A DNA stretch of 63,240 bases, filler included. It is 11 parts of 11 records of this genome, joined end to end, with 100 filler letters (N's around TTAATTAATTAA, not from the genome) between each part and the next. Parts side by side here need not be neighbours in the genome. Positions count along the whole stretch, not along the records: positions 22,964 to 29,378 come from SRR31147125_218063; positions 29,479 to 35,560 come from SRR31147125_218257; positions 35,661 to 41,531 come from SRR31147125_225436; 8 more parts are not named here. One strand, given 5' to 3'. Shown in pieces: positions 28,928-39,956 of the stretch (position 1 is the first letter of the stretch; each line of letters begins with the position of its first letter). A program made the translations under genes and the position numbers. Under the pieces are notes generated by a model that was given only the letters and a program-made list of their open reading frames with translations, ran no database searches and had not been told where the DNA came from.

Positions 28928-29378
28928 ATCAGCCGAAAACGCTGCCAGAAGTCCGGAAAGGATTTGGCGACACAGTCTTCACCGGTGATAACCACGCCGG
29001 GCACGCGCAGTCCCGCAACCGCCATGGACATCGCCATGCGGTGGTCGTGGTAGGTCTCGATCCCGGCGCCGTGCATACCGCTCCCACCCCTGCCGTGAAT
29101 TACCATGCGGTCGTCGTGTTCCTCCACACTCACACCCAGCCTGGTAAGCTCGGCGCAGGTGGCACTGAGTCTGTCACACTCCTTGATCCGCAGGTGAGCG
29201 ATATTGGTTATCTCGGTGTCCCCGTGCGCAAACGCCGCAACGACGGCAAGCGTCGGGACGATATCGGGCATATTGCCCATGTCGACGGTAATCGCCTCGA
29301 GCCGGTCGGGCCCGGTCAGCCTGAGCCCACCGTCGACCTGCTCGACGTTGCACCCCATGCGCGCGAGCAGCGGTACAA
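28921..29378 (-). CDS. aroA: EPSP synthase, C-terminal part
   Basis: PDIVPTLAV, LRIKECDRL, DHRMAMS, KSFPDFW. Confidence 0.97.
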
Positions 29379-29478
29379 NNNNNNNNNNNNNNNNNNNNNN
29401 NNNNNNNNNNNNNNNNNNNNNNTTAATTAATTAANNNNNNNNNNNNNNNNNNNNNNNNNNNNNNNNNNNNNNNNNNNN
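29379..29478. other. Artificial contig spacer
   Basis: N44-TTAATTAATTAA-N44. Confidence 0.99.
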
Positions 29479-29479
29479 C

Positions 29480-30853
29480 CTTTCGGGAACCATCGACCCG
29501 ATGGACAACCTGTTGGAGGCCGGATTGGATTCCCTGGCGGCAGCTCGTCTCCTGTTCGCCCTGGAGAAGGCATTCGGCGTCAACCTGTCGTTCACCGATT
29601 TCGCAGAATGTCCAACGGTACGGGGTCTGGCAGAACGGATAAAGGTTCTCCGTAGCGGTCGAACTGCGCCGACAGATAAGACGGACTTGAAAAAGGATGT
29701 CGTACTCTCACAGGACATCTGTTTTGATTCCGGCGCAGTCCCCGCTTACAGGGATCCTCAAACACTCTTTCTCACCGGCGCGACCGGATTCCTCGGAGCC
29801 TATCTCATTCGGGACATCCTCGCCGAGAGCGATGCGAAGATCTACTGCCATGTCCGCGCCACTGATGCGGCCGCCGGAATGCAGAGAATCGCGAGTAATC
29901 TCGAGTACTACCGACTCTGGGATGAATCGATGCGCGATCGAATCACGCCCATAGTGGGCGATCTCACCCGTCCTGCCTTGGGAATGGCTCCGGACGATTA
30001 TCGGCTGGTTGCGGAGGATGCCGATATCGTTCTCCACAACGGCGCCTATCTGAATTTCCTCTATCCGTATGAGATGATGAAGGCAGCGAATGTCGAGGCC
30101 ACCGAGGAAGCTATTCAACTCTGTGCAACCGGAAAGCCCAAGAGGCTGGCCTATGTCTCCTCCTACAGCGTTTTCGATGCTCCTTCCTATTTCGAAAAAA
30201 CCATCGACGAAACCGTCGACGCGTCGGTTTGCGAGGGTTTCCTGCTCGGATATTCTCAGACAAAGTGGGTATCTGAACAGCGTATCACCCTCGCCATGGA
30301 ACGGGGTCTGGATGCTATTGTGCTTCGCCCGGGACAGATCACCGGAGATACGACAAACGGTATCTGGAAAGTCGCGGATTTCGCCAGCCAGTTCCTCGTA
30401 TCCAGCCTGCAACTGGGAATGATTCCCGATCTTGATGTCTTTGTACCCATGACGCCGGTCGACTACATATCCAGAGCGATCGTCGCTCTGATCCGTCAGG
30501 ACGGTCCGGTCAAAAACTACCATCTGCTTAATACCGAAGAGCAGACTGTGGGAGATCTAACCTCATTCTTCGCAGGCGCCGGACTGAATGTGAGACGGGT
30601 GCCCTTCGACGATTGGCGAACAGCCTTTACGGCCCATGGCGAGGATAACGTCCTCTATTACTTCAGGGACCTCATCGGCAGAAAGGATTCGAGCGAAACG
30701 GGATTTTTCGACCGCTATTCGCGTCGTCAGGCAAAGGTTCTCGCCACCCATACCGAGGCTGCGCTGGGTCCGCTCGGAATCACATGTCCCGGCATCGATC
30801 CCGATCTCATGGGAAAATACCTGCAAAGCTTCAAGGCCCAGGGCGTAATCTAG
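29480..30853 (+). CDS. NRPS/PKS-like C-terminus: carrier domain plus thioester reductase (R) domain
   Basis: GLDSL phosphopantetheine site, LTGATGFLG, HNGA..NF, GYSQTK, RPG; 5' truncated. Confidence 0.92.
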   Translation, partial: LSGTIDPMDNLLEAGLDSLAAARLLFALEKAFGVNLSFTDFAECPTVRGLAERIKVLRSGRTAPTDKTDLKKDVVLSQDICFDSGAVPAYRDPQTLFLTGATGFLGAYLIRDILAESDAKIYCHVRATDAAAGMQRIASNLEYYRLWDESMRDRITPIVGDLTRPALGMAPDDYRLVAEDADIVLHNGAYLNFLYPYEMMKAANVEATEEAIQLCATGKPKRLAYVSSYSVFDAPSYFEKTIDETVDASVCEGFLLGYSQTKWVSEQRITLAMERGLDAIVLRPGQITGDTTNGIWKVADFASQFLVSSLQLGMIPDLDVFVPMTPVDYISRAIVALIRQDGPVKNYHLLNTEEQTVGDLTSFFAGAGLNVRRVPFDDWRTAFTAHGEDNVLYYFRDLIGRKDSSETGFFDRYSRRQAKVLATHTEAALGPLGITCPGIDPDLMGKYLQSFKAQGVI

Positions 30854-30911
30854 GAGAAGCGCGGAGCGCGAGGCTCTTGGATTTTACAGACTTTGATAGA
30901 CACTTCTATGC

Positions 30912-31781
30912 TCAGGATTTGCTGGGGGTGTGCGTCTTCGGGAGTCCGCACGACGCGGACATGTTATCCCATGATGGGATTACCTCTGTCTCTGGCACAG
31001 GCTTGAAGGCGATCTGAAGAATCAGGGCTGCGAAAAAATAAACCGCACCCAGTAGACCGTCGGCCCACAAGACATATTCTGGCGCCACAAAATAGGTGAT
31101 GAGGAAATTCATCAGAAGATGCGTGCCAATCACAAGCCAAAGAGAACCTTTTCCGAGATTGTAGATAACAGTGTACAGGAAAGCTTGACCGACCTGGGCG
31201 AAGACAAAAATACCGAAACTCGTATTGGATTGCGGAAGAGAGGAGACAAAGAAGGCCGGGAGATGCCACATCCCCCAGAGCAGCCCGAGAATACCGCTGG
31301 CGGCAAAGGGATGAAACCGTCTCTGCAGCAAGGGAAGTGCGAATCCCCTCCAACCCGCTTCCTCACCGATAGGCCCGGCATCTGCAATGAGAGAGAAGAA
31401 AAGGAGAAACAGCGTGGTGTACCACGGTGTTTTCATCGCCGGTACGGATTCGAAAGAGGCTGACTGTCTCTGCACAAGGAGGGAAACGACAGCGAGAAGA
31501 ATGAAACCAGCTGAAATAATGGCAAGTGCTTTGCCGATTGTCCGAACGCGCAGGTATCTCTCTGCAAACTCCAGAAATCCCCTCTTCCCATGGCGGCAGC
31601 TGACTACGAGAAATGCAGATAGAGAAGGAGCAAAAACCGCCAGACGGAAAAGAGGATGATACTCATTGACGGTACCGGTGGCTTCTTCCAACCAGGGTTC
31701 AAGGAAGTAGTAGACAAGACCCAGACTCCAGGTGATCAAAATGCAGAACCCGATAAAAAACAATAGCGGTGACTTCTTCAT
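30912..31781 (-). CDS. CPBP/Abi intramembrane glutamic endopeptidase
   Basis: GEEAGWRG, WGMWHLP, HLLMN; SD AAGGAG before MKKS. Confidence 0.92.
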   Translation of the reverse strand: MKKSPLLFFIGFCILITWSLGLVYYFLEPWLEEATGTVNEYHPLFRLAVFAPSLSAFLVVSCRHGKRGFLEFAERYLRVRTIGKALAIISAGFILLAVVSLLVQRQSASFESVPAMKTPWYTTLFLLFFSLIADAGPIGEEAGWRGFALPLLQRRFHPFAASGILGLLWGMWHLPAFFVSSLPQSNTSFGIFVFAQVGQAFLYTVIYNLGKGSLWLVIGTHLLMNFLITYFVAPEYVLWADGLLGAVYFFAALILQIAFKPVPETEVIPSWDNMSASCGLPKTHTPSKS

Positions 31782-31834
31782 GGCGACTCCTTTGCCTCGC
31801 CATAGAGACTGCCCGTTCCTGGAAGCCGTTGAAA

Positions 31835-31892
31835 TCATACATCTGCTGTATTTTTACTCACATTCTGATGTGAAATTCACCCTCACAGGTCA
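31835..31892. promoter_or_regulatory. Three spaced 16-bp operator-like sites
   Basis: TCATACATCTGCTGTA (31835), perfect inverted repeat TCACAT-TCTG-ATGTGA (31858), TCACCCTCACAGGTCA (31877), between the LuxR gene and the CPBP gene. Confidence 0.45.
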
Positions 31893-32758
31893 TTCATTAG
31901 AACGATCAGTGCCACTCTGTTCTTCACGCCGCATTTCCTGTAGATGTTCGTAACGTGAGTTCGAACGGTATTGAGGGAAATGGAAAGACTGTCGCCTATT
32001 TCCCGGTACCCAATTCCACGGAGCAGCTCCTCCAGAACAACGAGTTCCCGTGACGTCAGATCGAATCTGCCGCGTAAATCACCGTGATGAGGCGGTAGTC
32101 GGTATTCTATATTCCGGCCGGATCGGTGGAGCAGATAGAGAAGAAACACACCTGTATAGGCATACAGGAGGGGGAAGAACTCGAAGCCGCCGGGAAGGTC
32201 CCGGGAATAAAAGAGATCAAGTACCACAACCCCCAGAAGTACCAATGCCAGAAAGAATGTTGAGACAAGGAAAATCGGATCATTCAGAAGTGCCGTTTTC
32301 CGCCGGAGCAGTTTCAGCAAGGTACGGAATCCCCAGAGCATCAGCATCGCCAGAAGAAAGCAGACGAACGTCCTGATAACGGCACTATACGGCGTCCAAT
32401 GGGTCAGGAGAATCAGTCCGGCTAGAAGTAGAACCGCGCCGGACATTGCGACAGTAACAGCCAGCCGCATTTTTCGGGTGAGTGTCAGGATAAGCTGAGG
32501 AATCGATAAAAAAAGAAGAAGCGCAAAAAGAAGCTCAAAGAGTCCTCCGGAAACAGTTGCCGGAGAGAAAACCGGAGCATCGGCCAGGACGACATCCAGG
32601 ACATAACCGAACTGAGTCAGTGTCAGTGTCGTCCAGAAGAAAAGAAGGGGTCCCAGAAGCTGACGTTGATTCCGGTAGGCCAGATAGGTTAAGACTGGTG
32701 CAATACTGAAACCAATGGTATAGCAAATCAAGCCGTAGAGGGACAGGGAGAGACTCAT
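31883..32758 (-). CDS. Multi-TM one-component regulator with C-terminal LuxR HTH
   Basis: About 7 hydrophobic segments, then LTSRELVV...ISLNTVRTHVTNIYRKCGVKNR. Confidence 0.9.
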   Translation of the reverse strand: MSLSLSLYGLICYTIGFSIAPVLTYLAYRNQRQLLGPLLFFWTTLTLTQFGYVLDVVLADAPVFSPATVSGGLFELLFALLLFLSIPQLILTLTRKMRLAVTVAMSGAVLLLAGLILLTHWTPYSAVIRTFVCFLLAMLMLWGFRTLLKLLRRKTALLNDPIFLVSTFFLALVLLGVVVLDLFYSRDLPGGFEFFPLLYAYTGVFLLYLLHRSGRNIEYRLPPHHGDLRGRFDLTSRELVVLEELLRGIGYREIGDSLSISLNTVRTHVTNIYRKCGVKNRVALIVLMNDL

Positions 32759-32859
32759 GACACGACTGTCTCACAGACACTGTGGACTGTCCAGATTCGA
32801 TTCCAGGCAGGACCTCCCACATGTTTGAAATCAGCTAACAAAAATCATAAAATCCTCTT

Positions 32860-33603
32860 GTGATTCGACGACTTCTTCTCCTTACAGTGTTGTCTCTTGT
32901 CTCTACGTCCCTCCAGGCCCAGGTGAAGAAACTGGTAGTCGTGACTGAATACTGGGCTCCCTTCCGAATCGAAGATACTGACAGGCTCGAGGGCATCGGC
33001 GGGATTGATATAGAAATCCTGGATGCACTTTCGGTAGAAACCGGCTTCGCTTTTGAAATCCAGCGCCATCCTTTTGCACGGTGCCTGGAGATGATGAAAG
33101 ACGGCAGTGCCGACATGATTACAGGCATTGCGATGTCTGAGGAGCGGGCCGCCTACATAGAGTATTTCGATCTCTCATACATGGCCGTCCAACCAGTGTT
33201 CGTAGCGAGAACCGGGGTTGGCGAAACGGTTCATTCCTACGACGATCTCAGGAAATACGAAATCGGGTATTCTCTGCACTCTTCGTATTTCGAACCCTTC
33301 GACTCAGACGGAACACTGAAAAAAACCGGCATATCCACCGAGGAGCAGCTGCTGCAGATGGTTTCTCTGGGAAGATTGGACCTGATTATCGGGACCGACC
33401 CCAACATCTCATGGGATTTGAAGAGACTGGGACTGGCTGAGAGAGTGGATCGATGCTACTGGACACCGGAGCAAAACACCCCACTTTTCTTCGGACTCTC
33501 GAAGAAATCGCCGCATCTGGATCAAGGTACAATCCTGGAAGAAGCACTTGGAAAGCTGGTAATCAATGGTACAATAGAAGCGATTGCCGACCACTATCGC
33601 TGA
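32860..33603 (+). CDS. Periplasmic amino-acid-type substrate-binding protein (family 3)
   Basis: Signal peptide, WAPF, GIDIEI, PFARCLEMMKDGSAD, GRLD. Confidence 0.85.
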   Translation: MIRRLLLLTVLSLVSTSLQAQVKKLVVVTEYWAPFRIEDTDRLEGIGGIDIEILDALSVETGFAFEIQRHPFARCLEMMKDGSADMITGIAMSEERAAYIEYFDLSYMAVQPVFVARTGVGETVHSYDDLRKYEIGYSLHSSYFEPFDSDGTLKKTGISTEEQLLQMVSLGRLDLIIGTDPNISWDLKRLGLAERVDRCYWTPEQNTPLFFGLSKKSPHLDQGTILEEALGKLVINGTIEAIADHYR

Positions 33604-35048
33604 ATGAAGCAGAGCAGCAGTACCCATACTTCTTTTTTCCGCCGGCTAGGCATCAACTTGACTGTCATTCAGGTCTGTGCGGTGGTATTGGCCGGTCTGA
33701 CGATCTATCTGATTCAAGCACGGACGATACTCGGCAGCCTGGAGGAATCCTCTCATTCCACAGCGAATGAAATCGCCAGAGTGCTTGAGCACCCCCTTTA
33801 CTCGCTCAGCGATGAAATTGTCATCAATCTTGCGGATGCCTACATCCTTTCCGGCAGTCTCTCAGGATTAATCGTGGAATCCACTGCCACCGGGCTGATT
33901 GTCGATCGTCCACCGAAACACCTGTCATCCCTGCCGGTCATAGAAAAATTTCTTTGGACGATCTGGTCCTGGGCAGGGCTGTTCTGTTTTTCGATGATTC
34001 CAGCATCGGGATTCTGCGGAATCGCCTGCTGCTATTCGGCGGATTGATCCTGCTGCTGGTTGTCACTATCAATCTAGTTGCCGCCAGATTCCTGCTTATC
34101 GGACCACTAAACCGTACTGTAGGAACCATACTCCGAGGCATAAGAAAGGTAGCTGATGCCGATTACCTGGCAAGGTTGGAACAGACACCATTTGATGATA
34201 TCAACGTCGTCGTTGATGCAATCAATGAAATGGCAAAGAAGCTCATTGACGCACAGAGACTCCTGGAAAGCCGGGTAGATGAAAGAACCGAAGAGCTCCA
34301 GAAATCGCTTGAGGAACTCCGCCAGACCCAGGAACAGCTGATCGCATCGGAAAAAATGGCATCCCTGGGCTCTATGGTTCGCGGTCTGGCCCATGAACTG
34401 AATACGCCCCTGGGGATAGCCATTACAACCCTGAGCTACCTTGAAGGTCTTTCTGAGGATGGGGATACCCGGGAAGAACGGGAAAATGCCTATTCATTGA
34501 TGTCCCGCAGCCTGACCAAGGCAGCCGAACTGGTCAGTGAAATGCGCAGTGCTTCCCGTGAACTCACCGTGGGAACACCGGAGCACCTGAATCTGAAGGA
34601 ACACCTGGAGGGTATCATCCTCATTGAGCAATCGAAGCTCAAACGGCCCGATGTGAACATTGTTCTGGAAGGATCAGAGTTCCCATTCGCAACCCATTTT
34701 TCCGCACTGGACGGAGTACTGCGCAGGCTTATTAGCAATGCCGCCATCCATGCCTGTGTCGACGGAGGAGAAATCAGGGTCCAGGTTAAGAAGCTGCAGG
34801 ATGCCGCCCTTATCAGGGTCAGCGATGACGGTCCCGGAATGGATTATGAAACCCGTTCCAAGGCGTTCGATCCTTTTTTCACAACCAACCGGAGCAAGGG
34901 ACATTCGGGACTCGGTCTGTTCATGGTGTATACAGCAGTATGCTATCGTCTGGAAGGATCTCTACGGATCGATGGAGATGACTCCGGTACAAGCATCGAA
35001 ATCACTATTCCAGACCTGGATACCGAATCTACACGGATCGGGTCCTGA
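33604..35048 (+). CDS. Sensor histidine kinase, frameshift at the A5 run 33944-33948
   Basis: TM-periplasmic-TM-HAMP, EKMASLG..AHELNTPLG, DDGPG, FDPFFTT, GLGL; one added A joins the two ORFs (IEKISLDDL). Confidence 0.88.
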
Positions 35049-35344
35049 GAAAACCGTTCCGGAGCTAATTAGCTGTAGTGTGACGGTATTTACCTGACAG
35101 GTTACTCTCGTCCCGGGCTTCCAAGAGACACGATTCCTGTTCTCTTACGAAATCTGATTTACCATCTCACTGCGATCAAACTCGACAGGAATTCTCAAAA
35201 GGTCATCCCGTACAACACCATCCAATCTCCCGAACTCCATTGCCGCCCACATCATCGCCCTGAGGCGTGGTGTCGCTTCTCTCGCCTGAGCTGAAAATAG
35301 AAAGATTTCTACATTCTCCTGCACCCTGATCAGGTTATTTTGTT

Positions 35345-35560
35345 TTGCTTCATTCGAGATCTACCACTCTCCATATTGCATGTCGTCACATCCAAACACA
35401 AGAATCTGATCTTCTCTCTGTTGATGCTCAGAAAACAGACTATACACTTAAGTTCACAGCTATCAACTATCAGGATTATGGGATCAAGGGAGTTCATATC
35501 TCGGTAGCTGCACAGAACATGAATGTTTACGTTGAACGAGTGATCGGTACATTTCGGAGG
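35345..35560 (+). mobile_element. Degenerate integrase-core (DDE transposase) remnant
   Basis: YGIKGVHISVAAQNMNVYVERVIGTFRR resembles the N..ER..GT.RR helix of rve-type transposases; the upstream part is decayed. Confidence 0.55.
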
Positions 35561-35660
35561 NNNNNNNNNNNNNNNNNNNNNNNNNNNNNNNNNNNNNNNN
35601 NNNNTTAATTAATTAANNNNNNNNNNNNNNNNNNNNNNNNNNNNNNNNNNNNNNNNNNNN
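35561..35660. other. Artificial contig spacer
   Basis: N44-TTAATTAATTAA-N44. Confidence 0.99.
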
Positions 35661-35661
35661 A

Positions 35662-36462
35662 GCGTTCTTCACCTGGTTTTCAGGCATCGATCACATTGCT
35701 TATGAGAAGATCAGGGTTCCCCTGGGCGATCGGTTCTCAAACATCTATTTTCCCGAATATAAACCGGTCCGGTTCATGCAGGTAAAGTGCAATACGCCTA
35801 TCCGGACGATCATGGTATGTATGGATGCCGCCATTTTTGCCGAGCTAACCGGCAGGAGCCGTGAGGAACTGATCGAGTCTCTGGAAATTCTTGACTGGAG
35901 GGGCGGCAAGCGGAACAAGATTGCACGGTTAAAAAGCCTGGAGTTTGCACAAAAGATGTGCGGATATCAGGCGTTCGAGTCTTTTATAAACCATCCCCAT
36001 GACACTCTCTTTCTGGAGGCCAAAGCCCTTGAACTGGTGGCGTTGCAACTCAGACAGCTCGATCACTTGACTGGCAAATCAAATCATGGGCGAGCTGTTG
36101 GCCGTCATGTGGAAATGATCACCCGGGCCTGTGAGATTTTGAAAACCGAGATGGCCGAACCGCCTGGTGCGCGCGAGCTTGCCCGCAGGGTGGGCCTCAA
36201 TCACAACCAGCTTGTTCAAGGATTCAGGGAAATGTTCGGTATAGGCCCGTTCGAATACCTGCGTACCATCCGCCTTGAAAAGGCGCGCGATCTCATCGCC
36301 AGCCACGAATGCAATGTCACAGAGGCAGCATTCAAAGTGGGCTACGCCAGCCTCAGCCATTTCAGCAGAGCCTTCCGTGAATCGTTCGGCGCAAATCCCA
36401 AGGCGCTGGCGAAAGAGAAAAAATGGTTTAAACAATCGAAGAATACCACGGTCAAAAGATGA
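35662..36462 (+). CDS. AraC family regulator (PchR-like), 5' truncated
   Basis: LFLEAKALEL, ELARRVGLN, RLEKARDL, VTEAAFKVGYASLSHFSRAF. Confidence 0.92.
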   Translation, partial: AFFTWFSGIDHIAYEKIRVPLGDRFSNIYFPEYKPVRFMQVKCNTPIRTIMVCMDAAIFAELTGRSREELIESLEILDWRGGKRNKIARLKSLEFAQKMCGYQAFESFINHPHDTLFLEAKALELVALQLRQLDHLTGKSNHGRAVGRHVEMITRACEILKTEMAEPPGARELARRVGLNHNQLVQGFREMFGIGPFEYLRTIRLEKARDLIASHECNVTEAAFKVGYASLSHFSRAFRESFGANPKALAKEKKWFKQSKNTTVKR

Positions 36463-36518
36463 TGCGGCCCGGCGCTTTATGGGTTTTTCTCATTGAAACC
36501 GGATATGAATGATTTTCA

Positions 36519-38927
36519 TCATTTTATTTCGGTAAGCACAGGTTTAAAATAATGGTCGACACTGTCCACCCGTTCGGGGCCAAGGGGCTTGAGCAGCAGT
36601 ATCAGCGCAGGCGAGAAAAAGAAATCCGCCAGCAAGGCCCAGACAAAGGCAAAGCCTGCCAGAAAACCGAAATGGCTCCACCCCTTCATGACCGAAAGGA
36701 TCATCACCGCAAAGCCCAGAATCAGGGTCAGGGTGGTAAAGGTAATGGGACGCCCCACCGTGGCCAGTGTGGCCTCCAGGGCGCCCGCATAGGTGCCGCA
36801 GGCTCTGAATTCCCTGCGATAGCGCCTGAAAAAATGGATGGTGTCGTCCACGGCCACCCCCACGATAATGGCGCTGCAGCACATGAGCGGCATGGTCATG
36901 TGAATATCGCAAAACCCCATGAACTGCAGGGTGACAAGTACGGGGAAGACATTGGGGATCATGCTGATCAGGCCCAGCTTGACGGACCTTAAAAAGACGA
37001 TCATCAGGAGCGTGACGGCAACGAGCACGGCCAGGAAACTCGATTTCACGCCCTCGGCCATCCTGTCGTTCAGGGCCTTGGTCAAGGCCATGGCACCGGT
37101 GATCTCCACGGCGGCCACACCCTTGAAGAGCGGTTCGGCCACCTCGGTCACCTCCCGAATGAACCGGGTGACATCCGCCGTCCCCATGGTGGGCATCTTG
37201 ACGGTCAGCCTGGCGATGTCATAATCGTAGCCCACCAGTTTGTCCATCTGGCCCCCACCCGACATCTCATACAGGAGCATAAATTGGGCGGCGGCCTCCG
37301 ATGTGTCGGGAAGGGCGTATAGCGACGGATCGTTGCCGTTTAAGGCCCGGTTCATTTTCTTTAAAACATCTACGATGCCCGAGGTCTTGGTCACCATGGG
37401 ATGGTCGTCCAGAAAGATCTGCAGCCGGTCCATGCGCCCTAAAAAATCCACCGCCTTGATCCCGTCCACCTGTCCGGTGTCGAGCATGATCTCCATGGAC
37501 ATGGACCCGCCCATGCGGGCATCGATAAAATCATAAGCCTGGCGGATGGGCACCGTCGAAGAGAGAAATCGCGTCATGCTGGATTCCAGTTTAATATCCA
37601 TGGCCCCCACAAGGGAAACCAGCCCCAGGACAAGAAAAAAAGCGGCTATGAGCTTCGGTCGCCGGACAACCAGAAGGTGGCTGGCCTTGAGCAATCGGTC
37701 GAAAAGATCGTTGCGCCTGGCATCGATCTGCCGGCCCCTGCCTGCCGGTGAATCCTTTTCCATGCCGAATGAGTAAAAGAAAGGCACCAGCACATAGGTG
37801 AGCAGAAGGGTGACAACCACCCCGATGGCGGCATAGACCCCGAACTGACGAAAGGGCTTGATGCTGACAGTGAGAAAGGATAGAAACGCCCCCATGGTGG
37901 TCACCGTGGTCAACAGGCAAGGCAGCCCCACCAAGGAAAAGGTCTGGACCATGGCCTGTCTGCGCGGCAGCCCCTGATCCAATTGGTCGTGGTATTCGGA
38001 TATGAAATGGATGGAATCACCGATGCCCACACAGATCAGCAGGGACGGCAGGATGATGACCATGGTGTTCAGGGTAAATCCGATCCAGCCGATGGCGCCC
38101 ATGGTCCATAGGATGCTGATCACCACAATGGCAATGGGGACCGCCACCCCCCGCACCCCCCGGCCGAGCCAGGCCAGAAGCACCATCTGGATCACCAGGC
38201 ACAGCCCCATGAACTTTGGCGTTTCACGACTGGCCAACTTATCGAAATCATGGTGGAAGACAGGACCGCCGGCAACGTAGGGATGAAGTCCCGCAAATTC
38301 GGGCCGCCCGAGTATCTCACGGATCTTCGGGGCGATCTCGCTTTCCGGATCCAGAGAGGGCCCGTTCTCCGGATATTTTTTCATTTCAAGAACAATGGTA
38401 TATGCCTTTCCGTCTCCGGCCACCAGGCTGTTGATGTAGGAGGCCTCGCCCAAGGCCTTTTCCCGCACATGGTCCATCTTTTTCCTGGATTCGGGGATGC
38501 TGTCCAACAACCCGTAAATGGAAATCCCCTCCTGGGTGCCTTCGATGTATTCGACATTGCCGAGCCAGGTCATCTCCTGGAGATAGGGCACCTCCCGCTC
38601 CAGGGCTTCGGCCAGGCGGCTGAGCAGCCGGATGTTCCGCTCTTCGAAAAAATCCTTTGATTCGAACAGCAGGACGACAAAATCCTCGTTCCCGAAAGTA
38701 TTCCGGAACTTGTCCAGCAGCGCCACGCTGGGATCATTCTCCACAAACCAGACATCGTTGGAGTTGTCGAATCTGAGCATTTGCATTCCAAAAACGGCGG
38801 CGATTGTAATGCAGGCCAGCAACGCCATCCACAGCCATTTCCGGCCGAGCATAAACGCCCCCAGCCGGGCGAAGAGGCGGAGGGATACAACATTATCAGG
38901 GCTTTGAAAACCAGCTTGGTCACTCAT
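36519..38927 (-). CDS. MMPL/RND-superfamily exporter
   Basis: Two repeats of 1+5 TM helices; GIGDSIH and GVAVDDTIH motifs. Confidence 0.92.
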   Translation of the reverse strand: MSDQAGFQSPDNVVSLRLFARLGAFMLGRKWLWMALLACITIAAVFGMQMLRFDNSNDVWFVENDPSVALLDKFRNTFGNEDFVVLLFESKDFFEERNIRLLSRLAEALEREVPYLQEMTWLGNVEYIEGTQEGISIYGLLDSIPESRKKMDHVREKALGEASYINSLVAGDGKAYTIVLEMKKYPENGPSLDPESEIAPKIREILGRPEFAGLHPYVAGGPVFHHDFDKLASRETPKFMGLCLVIQMVLLAWLGRGVRGVAVPIAIVVISILWTMGAIGWIGFTLNTMVIILPSLLICVGIGDSIHFISEYHDQLDQGLPRRQAMVQTFSLVGLPCLLTTVTTMGAFLSFLTVSIKPFRQFGVYAAIGVVVTLLLTYVLVPFFYSFGMEKDSPAGRGRQIDARRNDLFDRLLKASHLLVVRRPKLIAAFFLVLGLVSLVGAMDIKLESSMTRFLSSTVPIRQAYDFIDARMGGSMSMEIMLDTGQVDGIKAVDFLGRMDRLQIFLDDHPMVTKTSGIVDVLKKMNRALNGNDPSLYALPDTSEAAAQFMLLYEMSGGGQMDKLVGYDYDIARLTVKMPTMGTADVTRFIREVTEVAEPLFKGVAAVEITGAMALTKALNDRMAEGVKSSFLAVLVAVTLLMIVFLRSVKLGLISMIPNVFPVLVTLQFMGFCDIHMTMPLMCCSAIIVGVAVDDTIHFFRRYRREFRACGTYAGALEATLATVGRPITFTTLTLILGFAVMILSVMKGWSHFGFLAGFAFVWALLADFFFSPALILLLKPLGPERVDSVDHYFKPVLTEIK

Positions 38928-39004
38928 GATCAGAACTTCTAACACACCGGCTGTCAAAATACTGTCTGTGCAAGAACAATCATTGTCTGCAAACGAAAAG
39001 GGAG

Positions 39005-39956
39005 GTGCTTCAATTGTGGCGTGGCATGGCCTCGAAAAATATCCTGGCTTTCGGTGATGTATCTGACGGGATCCCGGTACTCAGCCTTGTCTTTGACGGA
39101 AGCGCCCACAACGCCAACAGAGAGCTTCTGCAAAATTTCTTTTATTATCGAATAGGGATTGGGGGGGTCAGGCAACCAAAAGAATATTATTTTTTATCTT
39201 GATTTTTCTTGTGATGTTTGATCAACCTAACTGGTACATATTCAAACCATCGGAACCGTTTAAAAATGAGGGGGGAAGCGCCCTTTTTCATTTTGGCAGT
39301 CATAAAATGTGGGAAACCGTGGGAACCGAGCGGGTGATCCGGCTCAATATCATGATGGAACCCAACCCATTTAAAGACTTTCTCGAAAAAGACCATGGGC
39401 ACGCATACCCGGCCCTGCACCGCTTAATCCGCCACCCCTGCCGGTTTTTCGGCACCTTGACCCCTGTCATGCGCGCAACTTTGCTACAGATACTGGATTG
39501 CCCCTACCAGGGATTGGCCCGCGATTTTTTTCTGGAAAGCAAGGCCTTGGAACTTGTGGCCCACAAATTGGACCAGCTCAGCGAGGTGAAACCCGGCTTG
39601 CTCTGGCGCCCCGGCTTGAAAAAGGACGATGTTGACAAGACAAGATATGCCGGAGAGTTGATGACCCGGGATCTGGAGAATCCCCCAGCGTCCCGGAGCT
39701 GGTCAACCGGGTGGGCATGTGCCGGAGCAGGTTGCATCGGTGTTTTCGGGAGGTTTACGGAATGACGCCGTTTGACTACCTGCGCCATAAACGTTTGGAA
39801 ACGGCCGAGCGCCTTTTGCGCCAGGGTGAAATGAATGTCACCCAGGCCGCTTACACCGTCGGCTACTCGAGCCTCAGCCATTTTACCAAGGCATTCAAAC
39901 AGCATACCGGATTTCTCCCGGGTCAGTGCCGGAAGAAGCGCACCATGGTGGTATAG
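39005..39956 (+). pseudogene. Second PchR-like AraC regulator, frameshifted (C5 run 39682-39686; N-terminus also discontinuous near 39190)
   Basis: ILDCPYQG..FLESKALEL in one frame, HTH (VTQAAYTVGYSSLSHFTKAF) in the next; one added C gives NPPSVPELVNRVGM. True start is uncertain. Confidence 0.75.
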
